From Chara braunii (lineage: Eukaryota; Plantae; Charophyceae), in assembly GCA_003427395.1 (NCBI GenBank), contig BFEA01000025.1, forward strand, positions 4,008,090 to 4,060,700: a DNA stretch of 52,611 bases. Reading direction: 5' to 3'. Every line of letters starts with the position of its first letter. The stretch's first letter is position 1. Below the pieces are notes generated by a model that saw only the letters and a list, made by a program, of their open reading frames with translations, ran no database searches and was not told the origin of the DNA. Of the stretch, positions 12,959-26,490 are shown piece after piece. The translations under genes were made by a program, and so were the position numbers.

Positions 12959-13665
12959 AGCAACAACAAACGACAGTCTTCTGTTGGCACCTCAAGGTTT
13001 GGTTTGTTTGTACCAGGTTGGGTTTGTGTGCACCACCTTTCTACGGATCGGGCCTGGAAGGAATCGAATCGTTGATCTTGGGCTTAAACCGCTAGTATAT
13101 TTCCCCAGCCTTGTGGAGAATTGTTCCTCAACTACTCCGAAAAAGTCGGAGCTGGCGCACCGTCCATAAAATACACCGGCGGCCTGCGCCTCGTTTTGGC
13201 CTCGGAATGGGGCTGTGCGGCCTATGTATGGCCTGTACCGGTGGTTTGACAGACAGACGCCTCAACCCATTGGGAGCTCTTGGTGGTTGGGGAACTAGGA
13301 GAGCTGCCAACCGATTTCTGACTCGATGGGTTGCGCTTTTCCTTGGGCTACGTGCAGCACTCGACTGTTCATCAAGCAAGGGCAAGTAACAGGAAGGACC
13401 AGCCGTGCCACCTTTTCTGGAGGATGCAACGATGCACTTTTCCAGATCTATATACCGAGGGTGGATATGTGCTTCTTGCACCAAATGTGTTTAAAGCATG
13501 TGTTTGCATGTTGGTCCCACTCCACTGATATTGAATATTTATGCGGCTTTGAAGTTAAGATTCGAAATTTCGACACAGATTATGTTCATGCTTCTCTTTA
13601 ATAATATACCGTGTACCATCACAGTGAGTGGTGGGTATTTCATCATCTATGCTAGCATGCAGTCC

Positions 13666-13743
<78 letters not shown>

Positions 13744-15066
13744 NNNNNNNNNNNNNNNNNNNNNNNNNNNNNNNNNNNNNNNNNNNNNNNNNNNNNNNNN
13801 NNNNNNNNNNNNNNNNNNNNNNNNNNNNNNNNNNNNNNNNNNNNNNNNNNNNNNNNNNNNNNNNNNNNNNNNNNNNNNNNNNNNNNNNNNNNNNNNNNNN
13901 NNNNNNNNNNNNNNNNNNNNNNNNNNNNNNNNNNNNNNNNNNNNNNNNNNNNNNNNNNNNNNNNNNNNNNNNNNNNNNNNNNNNNNNNNNNNNNNNNNNN
14001 NNNNNNNNNNNNNNNNNNNNNNNNNNNNNNNNNNNNNNNNNNNNNNNNNNNNNNNNNNNNNNNNNNNNNNNNNNNNNNNNNNNNNNNNNNNNNNNNNNNN
14101 NNNNNNNNNNNNNNNNNNNNNNNNNNNNNNNNNNNNNNNNNNNNNNNNNNNNNNNNNNNNNNNNNNNNNNNNNNNNNNNNNNNNNNNNNNNNNNNNNNNN
14201 NNNNNNNNNNNNNNNNNNNNNNNNNNNNNNNNNNNNNNNNNNNNNNNNNNNNNNNNNNNNNNNNNNNNNNNNNNNNNNNNNNNNNNNNNNNNNNNNNNNN
14301 NNNNNNNNNNNNNNNNNNNNNNNNNNNNNNNNNNNNNNGCAACCCTGTGAAGCACCAGGCAACACAGTAGAGGCAACATGGCTGCACAACGCCAAAAACG
14401 ACTGCAAGGAACGACATGGCACGCAGGATGCAGCGCGGAAACCGTGAAGTGAAGCACAAGACAACACAAGCAAGGCAACAGCACTGCAAGGGACGACAGG
14501 GCGAGCGGACCAGCAGGTCGGCAACCGTGGAGCGGTGCACAATGCACCAGCAACAAGGCAACCAACCTACAGGGCACACAAGCGGCAAACACGGAAGGCA
14601 CGGCCAGCGGATGAGCAGCACAGCAGCGAAGCAGCGAAGCGCAGGGCAACACCAACAACACGGCCACACTGCACAGCGAAAACACATCAACCTGCAAAGA
14701 ACCACATGTGAAGCAAGCGGGACATGCAGCAGGGCAGCGGCAGAGCGCAGACGAGGACGTCCACACATCCAACACGGAGCAAAGCAGCACATGACCTACT
14801 CACATCACGATTGAACCCCGCAGACTGTTGGTTCCCACCACCCACTGAGCCAGGGAGTCACTACGACGAACATCCGTCATCACCGACAGGCAACACAGAC
14901 ATCCCAAACCGAGCGGCCCCCATAAGAGTGCAGTAGGCACTCCAAACGAGGAACCACTGACTGTTTGGCACTACTTAAGGGTGCTCAGTTGGGCACACAC
15001 AAAAAAATACTCAGAAAAAATCGGGGGGAAGGACAGAACACACGAAAGACTGACAGACATAGAACT

Positions 15067-15120
<54 letters not shown>

Positions 15121-16679
15121 GGGTAGCTATCAAGGCAATACGAGCGCTCAAAGTGTGTGCCTCTCATGTCTCACACAACGGTTTTCATCGTCCCATTTGG
15201 AAACTTGGCTACTGCCATTGTGTAGATGGCTTCAAGTCTTTTCCTGCCTTTTCTTTTCTGCACCTTCTTCTCTCTTTCCCCATGTCCTTCTTCATGCCCT
15301 GTACCTGTGCTGCTCTCCTCTTTCTCTACCTTCTTTTCTGCACGTTCTTCTCTCTGTCCCCTTGTCCTTCAATATTGCAGCCTTTTTGGCTTCGGTGCTT
15401 TTAGCCTCGAGTCCCCATTGGCAATACATTTGTGCTAGTTCGAACTTAACTGATGTGCTGTTTTATGAGCAGGTTTGTCCTTCCTCAGGGCAAGCACAAC
15501 GGCTTCTATTGTGAGCAGCAGTTCGGGGAACCGAACCCAATGCTTCACAGACCTATTGTGCTACACATCACCGATTGTTCCGTCTTAAACCCCAGCCGTG
15601 CACAAAGTGAACTTATCCCCGCCACCTCAACGTTCGGGGTCAGGTCGTCGTTGGTAAATTCCGTCAATGCCCTTTGTCCCTCAGAAAGTCAAGGTGAGGG
15701 GCTCGTGCCCGATGTATGGTCGTGTACTCGTGGTTCAAGCTGGGGATCAGCTGTGATGCCCCCGTAGTAAGATGAAGAAGGCTGTGACGAAGCCTCCCCA
15801 AGGTGAGCTTCTGGCCCCCAACTGCCCCGGTGTCGACTAAGCCGAGTCAAGACCGAGCATGTGGGAGTCGGGGATGCTTTGGAAGGAAATTTCACATGTT
15901 CGTTCCCCTGCAGTTATGAGCGCAGTGCCCCTCCATGCAAATTTTGTCTGCCCCCCATGTTTATTTGGACCATCTTTCTGGAGCCCAAAACCCTTTTCTC
16001 CAGTGATTTAAATTTGCCAGAGGGGGCAAAACAAACTGACCTAACCCTGCGGCAAGGTCCCACTAGCAAAGACGATTGGATAAATATCCTGAATCTGGAC
16101 GTGTTTTAACCACAGATGCAGAAAAGCAGTGCAATCTCGATTTTCTGCACCTTTCCACAAAGAAGTCTAGATTTAGGCGTTCAATCCGATCCTCTTTGCC
16201 AGTGGGACCTTGCCCCTGCATCAGCTCTGCGGTTCACTGCGTCCTGCAACTCCAACTGAAAAATTGAGTAGCCATCGGCAGACCTGGGAGGCAGCAAAAA
16301 AAACTGATTCTTCTGGCTTTTATTTTGGCTATGCTTCGGTCTCCTCTCCTTCACTGAAAAAACGTTTGAAAGGCCATGCAGCTGTAGAAGGGAAAACTTT
16401 TTAAACCACCGGTACTTCCGAGGGCCGAGGCACTTTTCTCCAATGCCGGAAAACAGCTGCCTGGCAAAATAAAATGAACTGACGCAACTTTCATTTGGTG
16501 GCGCTACCAGCCATTTTACTTCCGAGTGGCGCGACTTCCATTTGGGTGGCGCTGCCAGCCATTTTGCTCCGGTACCCAAAGCCCGAAAGTCAGGCGCGTG
16601 CATGAAAACACTCAGATGCAGATGTATGGGCCAAGTACTGGTGGTTTAAGGGACAAAAATTGCTTCGGCCCTCAAAAAG

Positions 16680-17243
16680 TTATGGCACAAATGTGATGCA
16701 TATGGCCGCTCTATGTCCAGACCCCCAAAATTGTTTGGAGGGATGGGCAAAGTCGTGCGTTTCCAGAAAAGGAGATGCTTGGCATAGTGGTACTAATGTG
16801 GACCTGGTGGGTGGGGTAAATGGGTTATCCATGGGTCTTTTAGGCATGTAGTGGGAATTCAAACACTGGCCTCCTGAATGCCACTTGTGTGCCGTACCAA
16901 CTGAGGTACTCGGCTCTCGTGCTCGGTGGCCTCCATTCGATTTTGTGGGCATAAAGGGGGGAGAAGAAAGATCAAAAGACTCGAAAACTTTGTGCCCAGA
17001 AACAGAATGCACTAATCTCATGTATTGTGTGGAAACCAGTTTAGAGTATATCTACGAGCAGATTAATGAGGACATGCAACCTTCTTGCCCCATATATAAT
17101 GTACGGTCATTATATCTGTATTTAGACCGAAAGATGGCCCAAATACAGATATAATGACCGTACGTTGTATTCGGGGGAAGAAGGTAGGTGTTAATGAAGA
17201 CACGCATCCCAACCAAACCCAACCCCACCCCACCCCATCAAAG

Positions 17244-17296
<53 letters not shown>

Positions 17297-18673
17297 CTAT
17301 GAACTTGACGAATCAGATCCTGTCTTATATAAGGCGAGTCATCCTCAGAATCCGACGGGAAGGCCGCCGCCTACTGCAAACCCCTTTCTGATAACGCTCG
17401 GTGCGGCGGCAATCACTGCAGAGAGTATTGGACCAATGGGGTGCCACCGTCGTCCACGGGATGACAATCAACTCATTGAAGGGCAATAGTAAGGAATAAG
17501 GCTGAAAACGAGTATCGACGATCACAAACCCAGTGCCACCGAACCCCGAACACCTTGTTTCTGGAGGGAAATAATAATGTCCTCCGATCTTTGCGACGAC
17601 TTCTCGTGTGTCCCACTCGCATACACGCGGCCTTTCCTTGCTGTACGGGAACGGGTGCTGTGGGAATACGGGAAGTCGGCACCCAGTCAGATCGGTATGA
17701 TCAGTCCACATGGCATAAGCTTGTTAATGGTGTAGGTCTACGCAATTCATCATTTGATCTGATAAAAAATGCAAGTGTTTAGCATCCATTGAGGGAAGAG
17801 AGGAAGCAAAATAAGTCAAGTAAATCTAACGTGGAAAGAAAGTAACACCAATGTTTTATTATATCCAAGTCATCAAAACAGCAGTTCAGCCAATGCATAC
17901 AAGAAAGAGTTTCTATCCCAACCTGTTTTTGTGCTCCGTTGAGTTCGTTCGGCGAAACTTCAAGCATCAAAAATGGGTAGAGGCAAGCGATCACGCATAC
18001 ATCATTCGTCGTCACGAGTATGCATCATTCATCACACATAGAGGAGCAGAAAAAAAAAAAGCAAGGCCACATGAGCTCGCCAGCCTCTCGAGTTCGACGA
18101 TGCTCATCCCCGCGAGATACAGTCGAACCAAAGAGACAAGCGGGGTGATAACTCAGACACGGACAAAAATGGGGAAGTCGCCTCATCATCCAATCATTTT
18201 GAGAGAGAGAGGGGGAGAGTGTTGCCAAAACTGGGACCTTACCAAAAGGAACAAACACCAGTATACAGGCGTGCAAGGAGATTTGAAGGAGACCGGTGTC
18301 TTGCAGTGAACTTATCTGAGAAAAAAGAAAGAACAAGACACACAAGCCTGTAGATCTCATACAATGGCCCCAGGCCAGGCAACCACTCGTTCACACACAC
18401 GTTCCTTACTCGGGCACTGGCGATCCCGGCCGCCACGTACCATGTTCTGTACCACAATGATCGTCACCCTGCCGACTTGGTTTCTACACCGACTTACCCA
18501 GATCCTGCAATCCGTCGTGGCCACCCGACGCACAACCTCGCAAAATATAGTTCTGATTCATCAGTCATCACATCATGTAACCACTGCTTCCTGAAGTTGG
18601 CAGATGGGTTGAGAGAGAGTTTTTCGGACGCACTTGCGGGTTTTATAGTTGTGAAAGCAAAAGTAGAAGACAT
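16680..18673 (-). pseudogene. Possible decayed multi-exon gene of unknown family
   Basis: ATG at 18673 (MSSTFAFTTIKPASASEKLSLNPSANFRKQWLHDVM...), GT-AG intron candidates with pyrimidine tracts (GTATGA...TTTTTTCTCAG at about 18362-18316; GTAAGG at about 18242; GTTGGG...CACGTTAG at about 17922-17826), and complex ORF segments at 17325-17711 and 16680-17021. Stops and frameshifts are present and no domain was recognised. Confidence 0.3.
17080..17184. mobile_element. 105-bp fully palindromic MITE related to the 3278-3382 family
   Basis: 49-bp arms around a 7-nt loop, with a perfect 23-bp core GTACGGTCATTATATCTGTATTT. The right end CGTTGTATTCGGGGGAAGAAGG+TA matches the TIR of 3278-3382; the left flank is AA rather than TA. 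Confidence 0.75.
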
Positions 18674-20384
18674 GACAAAGGGAAGGAGAAGGGGTAGACG
18701 AGTGGGGGAAGGGGAGAAGGATTGATCGCCTAGGGAAAGCCATATGGATCCGCACGAGTTCTTTGCAGCTACTCAGAGTACAATGTGAGGGGATTAATGT
18801 CTCCTTACACGCTACACATCTGACGACTTGAAGGCTGTGAGAAAGGATCTGTAGACGGGGGCGAGAAAGGAGAGGGGTTGAAGAGCAGTGCGTAGCAGGA
18901 CCAAGATTCAGATGAAGGGAAGGAGAAAGGAGTGCAAAGGGAAGGGCATCAAAAAACAGGTACGGGTTAAAAGAAGAAGGCGCGAAGGACAAAGGGTGAA
19001 GATGATTTGGGATATAGGGGGAGGCGGGGGAAGCTTGCATGCATGGCGCTGACACGTAAAAAAAGGCGCCGAAACAATTATGCTCTGCCCAATCTAGCTC
19101 TAAAACTCGTTCAAGATTTCAAAAATTCAAAAGCAATATCTGCACGCAAAATTAGACGCGCGAAGTCCTACACCTATTTAGATTCTTTCTGACAATTCAT
19201 TGAGCTTTCTGAGACGGATTTGGGGACACTTGTGTGCAAGAAGGGACACATCAGCGGGAACTGCACCCGCAAATTCCGAAGCTCCCAACTGTCGAACAAA
19301 ATTCATAGTGCTCTCTCTAAGTTGCGAGTAATTCTTACGTAAAGGTCATAGACATTGAAGAAAAACGAAGAAAATTTTCAAAAAACCTAATAAACCAAAA
19401 ATACTTTGAAGTGGGGAGGCCTCGGTGGCCATTTGGACTTATTCATTACCCACCAGCCAAAAAGAAGGTGCCCCAAAACTCATTGATGGCCGAAAAGAAA
19501 AGAGTCACAGAACGAAGGGTTTTGGAAGTTCGTTCAAGCATAAAAGTTGGCATGTCTCATATGTGATGTTCAAGGGGTTCCAAAATTATGTGATCTACTA
19601 ATTGCATGCATGTATATTTGTGAAGACTATGTTACACAAAGGATTATGCTGGAAAAACTGATGAGAGGAGAGAGGAGGAAGGAGGAAAACGAAGATGGTT
19701 ATGACCCAACATATCAATAAGCAGAGGAAAACACGTAGCATCCGGTTGAAGTGACGCCGGTCGATATGTCGATGTCAACTTCAGTTGCAATATCCTCGGG
19801 ATACAGCTTCCATCATCCCTTGGTGATAATCTTTCTCGCCCGCAGATAGGGATCGAGATTGTTAGTGTCTGGTTGTCTTCCAAATAACACCGTCAAGGTA
19901 TGGATCAGTCTAATTGCTATTGTCGGCTTACCGATGCTCCGCCCGGTCGTAATCAACGAGAAAAGGGGGAGGTGGGGGTTGGGGCCAATGGGAAGGTAGT
20001 GGGGGAAAATGATTGCTGGCTTCATCTTCGAGATCAATGAAATGGACGATCCGGTGAGCGCAGGGAAGTCGATGATTGGGTCGGGGAAGGGAGGCAAGGT
20101 ATTCAACGTAAAGGGTGGGGATCGTGCGTAGGGTATTGTCGAGCAAGGACTCGTAATGTTTTACTTCGGGGAAGGTCCCTGAGATGATACAATACAACTC
20201 TATGTGGTTGTATTGTCTCCATGCGATGCTGAAGAGGAGAATATGGAGGAAGAAGGAGGACGAGGAATGGGGACGAACTTCGCACAACAAACGGACTCAG
20301 TGGTGGCGATAGAAGAGTTGGCCGACGAAGATGCGGCAGTCAGGGGGAAAGTCAACGTGGGGGAGTGGAGAGAAGGAGAGGTAA

Positions 20385-21089
20385 TCAAGAGGGCAAAGAA
20401 AGATTGGACGAGGATAGGGCGCTCAAGTGGGGAGGAGGATGGGGCTGAATCGCGGAGGGGCCAACAGAGGAGTGAGATGGTGAGCGAGACTTGCAGCGGC
20501 GGAACGATTCTCTGCCATCGTTGAGGCTAACTTCTTCCTTAGGAGGCTTAAGATTCCATGCGGAATCCGCTGGTCTTGCTAGTCGCGAACTCGTAGGGGA
20601 TGCTTCGTGATGTTGGAGTTGGGACGACTCTTCGTGTTGCTCCGTCGATAGCTGGTCTTCCTTCTCTTCTTTGGATGTGGACTCGGTTCCTTCTTGTTCT
20701 TCATCGTCATCCTCGTCCTGGCTGATAAGCACTATTAGATCCAGACTGTCGTATGATAACACCTCTCTGTTATCACGATGAGTCATCCAGTAATCGACCA
20801 GTTCTGAGCTTGCAGGGGCGAGTTCGTTCAGGTTTAGGAAGTTCCACGTGGCTGGATTGTGAGCATTTAGGAACTTCCTCGCTTTTTCCATGCAACCCGC
20901 CCAAATAACAGTTGGCGTTAGCTTTCGCTCTAGGGTCACCGGTTCCGTTTGGTTTGGATCGCTTGGATGGAAGGAGATGATGACGAGATGGATATTGTCA
21001 ACGATCTGTGCCAAAAACACGAAGATCTCATTAGCGACGCTCGCCATTCTGCCTTGCTCCACCTCACCAAAAAGAAGCCCAACAAGCAT
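20385..21089 (-). pseudogene. 234-codon ORF with an acidic tract, probably a retroelement-associated accessory ORF remnant
   Basis: One of the longest non-microsatellite ORFs in the window (LLFGEVEQGRMASVANEIFVFLAQIVDNI...DEDDDEEQE). It lies on the same strand as, and downstream of, the integrase remnant. No named domain recognised. Confidence 0.35.
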
Positions 21090-22239
21090 CCCACTCGTTC
21101 CTGATTGCTATGCCTGCACGAGAAGGAGAGTAATCTCGTCTGGGATGATCACTTCTCGGTTTTGATAATAACGCGCCCAATGTGCCTTTACCGAGAGCAT
21201 GCAGCCGCCACTAATCCGGTCCAGTCTTGATTGAAGTGATGAGATTGAAAAGGAGGTATCGCTATAGGACGGATATTCAGAGGATTAAAGGATCGACCTC
21301 AGAGGACCAGAGAACAGGAAGATTGGAAGGTAGAGAGAAGGTAGAGAGGCGATTCATCGACGAGGAGGATGAAAGGGGCGAACAACAAGTAGTGGTGCCG
21401 AAATGTCCGAAGGACTAGAGCACAGATAAAAAGTATCAATACCCTCTATTCTCACTACTTGATCGTCAACCATGCTAATCATTGTCGCCAATCTGTCACT
21501 AATTCGCGTCCCCACTCATACAATCTTTCTGTTACTTCGATCCGCCGAGTAGTAACGATATTGCAGATGTCCCCGTTGAACACGACGACCACCATTACGT
21601 CACTTTGCCCATGCTGAAGCATCCACTAAAATCACCATAAAACCACGATCTGCCGAAATTGTTACCTCCACTGCCGCGTATCTCGCTTGCGTGTTGAACA
21701 CCTGCGTGAATCGTAGCAAATCGGGGCTAAGCCGAGGATGAGACACTTGGCGAAACTACAAGGATGGTCGAGGGCTGTAGTGCAAAACTCATGGCGATGA
21801 CTGCGGGCAGAGGGAATCAGAAAGAGAGGAGGAGGAAGCAAGTTCTTTGTCACTGTGGGAGAGAGGTAAAAAAGAAGAAGATGAAGAGGAAGTGGGATTG
21901 ATAGGAAAAGGGAAAGGACAAAGACAGGAGAAATGGCGAACGATGGGAAGAGAGTTATGACATGCACCCGTCTCAGGAGCAATGTGCACAGTATTCACTC
22001 CGTTGGGGTAGTTTCAGTACGAGGATGCAACCAAAAAATTTTGGTGCGAGTTTTCGGTCGTGTGCACAATTACTTAGTTGTACCAGGTCCCGCAATTTAT
22101 ATTAGATTTGTGTGTTTGTGTTCCTATTATGGGCCTTGTAATTGCGTACCTGCCTATCATGGGTCAGTTCTGTCATCCTTTGCCGCTTACGGGCCAATCT
22201 AGGGATTGCCTTTTCCATTAATTTGGCGTACCTTTTGGC

Positions 22240-23165
22240 CTAGGCCTTAAGGGACGCCCGTGTGTCTCTACCCCGTGGCTCGGCAATTTTCGAGGCATCC
22301 TGGTTGGTGATGTAAGGGACACTATTTGGTTGGAAGGGGGTGAATCCTGTCGATTCGTGAGGGGTAGCCCGATGAATTCCGATGATTTGAAATACGATCT
22401 CGGGCAAAGGACGCGTGTCATTTACTGCAAGATTCCTCCATAGCATTGTTTTAATCATGCGATTCACATTTTTTCGCGAGTCTGTTGGATCGAGAAACAT
22501 GCGACGCAGTGGGTCAGAGAGCAACATCTCTACGTATCAGTAGCTCTTCTACCTCGGCTTTGAACGCAAACCCATTATAGCGGTCAATGTGGGTAGCTAT
22601 TTCTGAGGCCTTTCAAGTCTTACGGAGGTAGACTTCTATATATTTCGAGAAATGATAAAGACCAATATAATGAAATATTCGCAACGGTTTGGTCCAGGTG
22701 GCACATCGATATCTCTTATGTCCATGCTAACATGTTGGAAAGGATGTTCAACTTCCGTCGGTACCATAGTGTTTGATTCACGGATCGACGCTCGAACTGC
22801 AGAACAGACTTAGACAGTTTTCGACCACATGCCTGACATCTTCTCGAATATTAGACCAGAACCATTGATTTCGGCCGATAGTTACTTCGGTGACATGTAT
22901 CGCAAAGTGAGCGACTTGTTCCTCATGGGCGGATCAGGTCCAATCATACCAATGAAACGGATGCGGAACCGTCAACCATAATCCCGATCCGTTTGTTTTC
23001 CGCTTTTTTAGGTGGTCGTTGATCCATCTATAGTCTTTAGATCTTTCGGTGACCCGACGCCTGTCATGTTTCGTAAAGGCTTCTAACGACTTGCCAGCTA
23101 ATTTTATCAGCAGGATTTTGTTCATCCAAACTTCAGCACGTCGATATTTCTCATCATATGTGGGT
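22240..23165 (-). mobile_element. Gypsy-type LTR retrotransposon integrase remnant (frameshifted)
   Basis: Translation across frameshifts gives the HHCC zinc finger (AHEEQVAHF...FWSNIREDVRHVVENCL/C), the core start PFQHVSMD, FSKYIE, and the late core NRMIKTML...HRATPHESTGFTPF. Confidence 0.8.
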
Positions 23166-23169
23166 CCGT

Positions 23170-25030
23170 CAGTTCGAGCAGTTGAGAAAGAAGATTGGCA
23201 AATGCGGTGAGAAGGAAAATGAGGGTTAGTGTACGTAAGAGAATTATCGTGAAGTTGAGGTTTGACTTTGTCATCAAGAACACTGGCATGCGGAGGTACA
23301 CAGAAGCAGTGGTGGAGGCCAAACTGGAGGACAAGATGTTGACGGCCTTTATCAAGACACGAATTTTGATAGTATGGTGTTGGAACAAAACAATGAGGGA
23401 GATACTGCATAACCAAAAGACTTTCACTAAGGAGGTGGAACAAAAGTGCATATGTGCTACCTAGTCGCTGCCCAAGAATGAAGGACATGTCAGAACCAGA
23501 TTTGCCAACTTGACAAATGTTCCGCCATTCCTGGAAAACTCCAAGAACATCACGAGGTCCATCAAGGCGACGAGCCCACACCGTATTATACAGACAGTGA
23601 GCACAACTACAGAATATCTAAACGACAAGGAACAGACATGCGTGATACCGAACGACATCATCTGTGGCAAGGGACAAGACACACTGGCTTGGTCCGAGGA
23701 CCAAATCCGGAACTAGAAGCAGAGGTTCGATGGGCTGGTGCTTTCGCCGATTGATCGAAATCATGGGGATACGGTTGTAATGTGCCCTGTTCTTTACCGC
23801 CAGGCCTTTGACAAGGTGTTCATATGTAACACAAGTTATGAAGCAATCAGACCAATTGACGCAGAGGCTGAAGTGTTGCGAAGTTGCAAGTCCGATATCA
23901 TTAAGCAACGTCTGCAAAGAATCGGCTCATGGAGACCTGACGGCAGGCTCGGGACAACGTATGTGATCGTGAATCACGAAGATCTAGACCGTTGGTAGCC
24001 GATCGCATCAGCACCCTCGGACTTGACGACACTGGCACAAAGGAGAGTTGCGAGGGCACTACACTACTTACTCCTACAGCTACCGGCTCATAGTACATTT
24101 TACCAGAACTAGGTTGCGGACTTGCGAGAGAAGATGGGAGCGGCAGAGCAGAGATTGAAGGAGGCTGGCTGTTTCGACATCGAAGGTCACTGCTATGACA
24201 TAAAGGAGATGTTATCCAGATTCCAGCATGCTGCAGTCATCCAAGCGGTACTGCAACTTCTGCGTAGTTATTAAGATAAAGGTTGGTTGTAGGTGAAGGT
24301 GTCCTACAAAGGGAGAACCTGTGTTCTGAGTAAGACCAGGAAGAGCCTGGATGGGTTCGTATCTATTCGGATGCAGGAGCTGCTGAACGGGGTGAAGTTT
24401 GACCTGGAACATTCACTCGTTAGATCTGGGAACATGATGTACCGCCGAATATTTGGAATCCTGATGGGGAAGACAATGAGCTCGGTGCTAGCATCAATCA
24501 CATGCGCCATGGTCGAGCTCTGATTCCTGGTCACTTTGGGCAACGACAGGAAGCTGGTGTCTGGTGTTTCAAGCTGCAGGAGCGCTCCCACTCTCGGAGA
24601 ACTGCTGGAAAGCTTCAACGGGATCTACGATAAACACCTGGAGGTGGTTCGTAAAGATGATTGCGGGTGGTCATGGCTCTTCGTGGGTGGATAGGTGTTC
24701 CAATCCAGCGAAGGGGTGAAGATGGACTACATACGACAAACAAAACACACTGACTCCATCACTCAAGGATGCGGCCTGGAGTTCCGGACAATGCAAGATT
24801 ATGCATCGTACTCGGAGAGGGCGGTTAAGAAAGCCATTCTAACCGGGATGATAAAGCGCCTATGGGAAGCAAACCGCTAGTGATGGGAGCTATAGCGGTG
24901 ACTATGTGCAAAGCTAATCTCCAGGGCTACCGCCCAGAGGTCTCTCTCGGTGCCCTGGCCAGATTGGGCAAGGCTGTGGAAGACCAGCTACTGGAAAGCA
25001 TGCTCACAATTTTCAAGAGACATTTTTAGA
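23170..25030 (+). mobile_element. Penelope-like retroelement reverse transcriptase pseudogene (5'-truncated)
   Basis: Ordered RT motifs: DGLVLSPIDRNHGDTVVMCP; YVIVNHEDLDRW*PIAS; CYDIKEMLSRF; YRRIFGILMGKTMSSVLA (the G-x-PMG motif); and thumb-like TMQDYASYSERAVKKAILTGMIKRL. The catalytic xxDD segment appears deleted near 24570. Multiple stop codons. Confidence 0.75.
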
Positions 25031-25084
25031 GGTGGTAGGACCATCGCCCACACACGACATGGATGGGTTTTGCTTCGGTTTTCA

Positions 25085-25117
<33 letters not shown>

Positions 25118-26490
25118 AAGGGGATGCCCGCCGCGGATGCAGCGGAGACCATGAGGGAGGGGGGAGGGAAACAACACGAACATCTGGTGTCTTCCTGCTG
25201 CTCGGTCTCCTCCAGTTCGTTGTCCTCCTCCTCCTCCTCGTCCCCCTCTTCCAGCTCCTCCTCCTCCGGCTCTTCCCCCTCCTCCTTTCACTCCTCTTGC
25301 CACTCGTGGAGTCGTCTTGCCATGTTTGTCGTCCTCCCCCTCCTCCCACTCCTCCTCTTCCTCCCACTCGTCGTCCTGCCCCTCCTCCTCCTCTCACTGG
25401 TCGTCGTCCCCGTTCTCCTCCCGCTCCTCCTGGTGCTCCTCCAGTTCACAGCCATCCTCCTGCTTGTCAACTTCTCCTCTTGTCGCTAACCGTCATCTCG
25501 TCCCCGCGTCGTTCCTCCCCCTAGTCCTCCTCCCGCTCCCCCGAGCTTCTCCTCTCGTCTGTCATCCTCCTCCTCCTGATCGTCATCCTCCCCTTATTCA
25601 ACCATGGGACTTCTTTCCGCCTGCAACAAAAAAACGTGCTGCTGTTTACGCAGAAAAAAAGAGTTGAGCGCGCCGCTCGTCATCCTCCTCCTCCCGCTCG
25701 TCATCCTCCCCTTCGACCATGAAAATTATTTCCACCTGTGACAAAAACGCACGCTGTTGTGCACCCAGAAAAAAGAGTCGCGCGCAATGAAACGGCACAA
25801 AGGACCCAAGGTAACAGAAGCCACAACACAAATGACAAAAAAGTGAAACATGGAAGTAAGAAAAAAAAAAGAACGGACGAAACAGCCAAACTGTTGCATT
25901 GAGCTGACACCGGTTTTCCCAACGGTGGCAGTGGTGTCTCGAGTGGGTAGGTCATGCGAGACCCTCATGGCCTGCATCATCTCCTGCAGCTAAATAGCCG
26001 CACCTCACACCTCCCCCCAACACCTCCACACCGAATCGACGTCACCGTGCGCAGAACGAAACCACACATGAAATTCACGCGGTGACCCCCTCCCCCCCCA
26101 ACGCAGGCTTCGCGCGCGAACCAAAAAACAGTGCAGCGGTCGACGCAAAAACCAACACAGCCTGCACGGCCCGCCGACCAAAAAGAACCCCCCCCCGGCG
26201 CAGGCTCCCCGTGCAAATCGCAAAACAGCACAACGGCCGATGCGAAAATGAACACAGTCTCTGCAAGGCGCACGAAAAAGAGCGTGGCCCCCCACCCAAA
26301 AAGAGCCCCGCCTAACTCAAGCTCAGCGCGGCCCCCAAAAACGAAACGCGCCCTCGAAACGACAGGCCCCAGACTCAACGTCGGCGCGGCGGGGGACTTG
26401 GTACTCCCCGGCCTCCGCCTAATCCTGCGTTACCTCCTCCGTCGGTTTTCCCTGGGCCTGACCGTTGGCATTACGACGGGCCCACTATAG
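25085..26490 (+). mobile_element. Putative non-autonomous Helitron-like insertion
   Basis: Compositionally distinct block that starts after an A with T(TAT)n. It ends with a GC-rich hairpin CCGTTG-GCATTA-CGACGG, then GCCCACTATAG followed by T. No TSD or TIR. The termini are imperfect relative to TC...CTRR. Confidence 0.35.

Noticed and set aside
21660-21962. Candidate LTR (TGTCA...TAACA on the minus strand) downstream of the integrase
   Set aside because: No second copy in the window, weak polypurine tract and no TSD to test.
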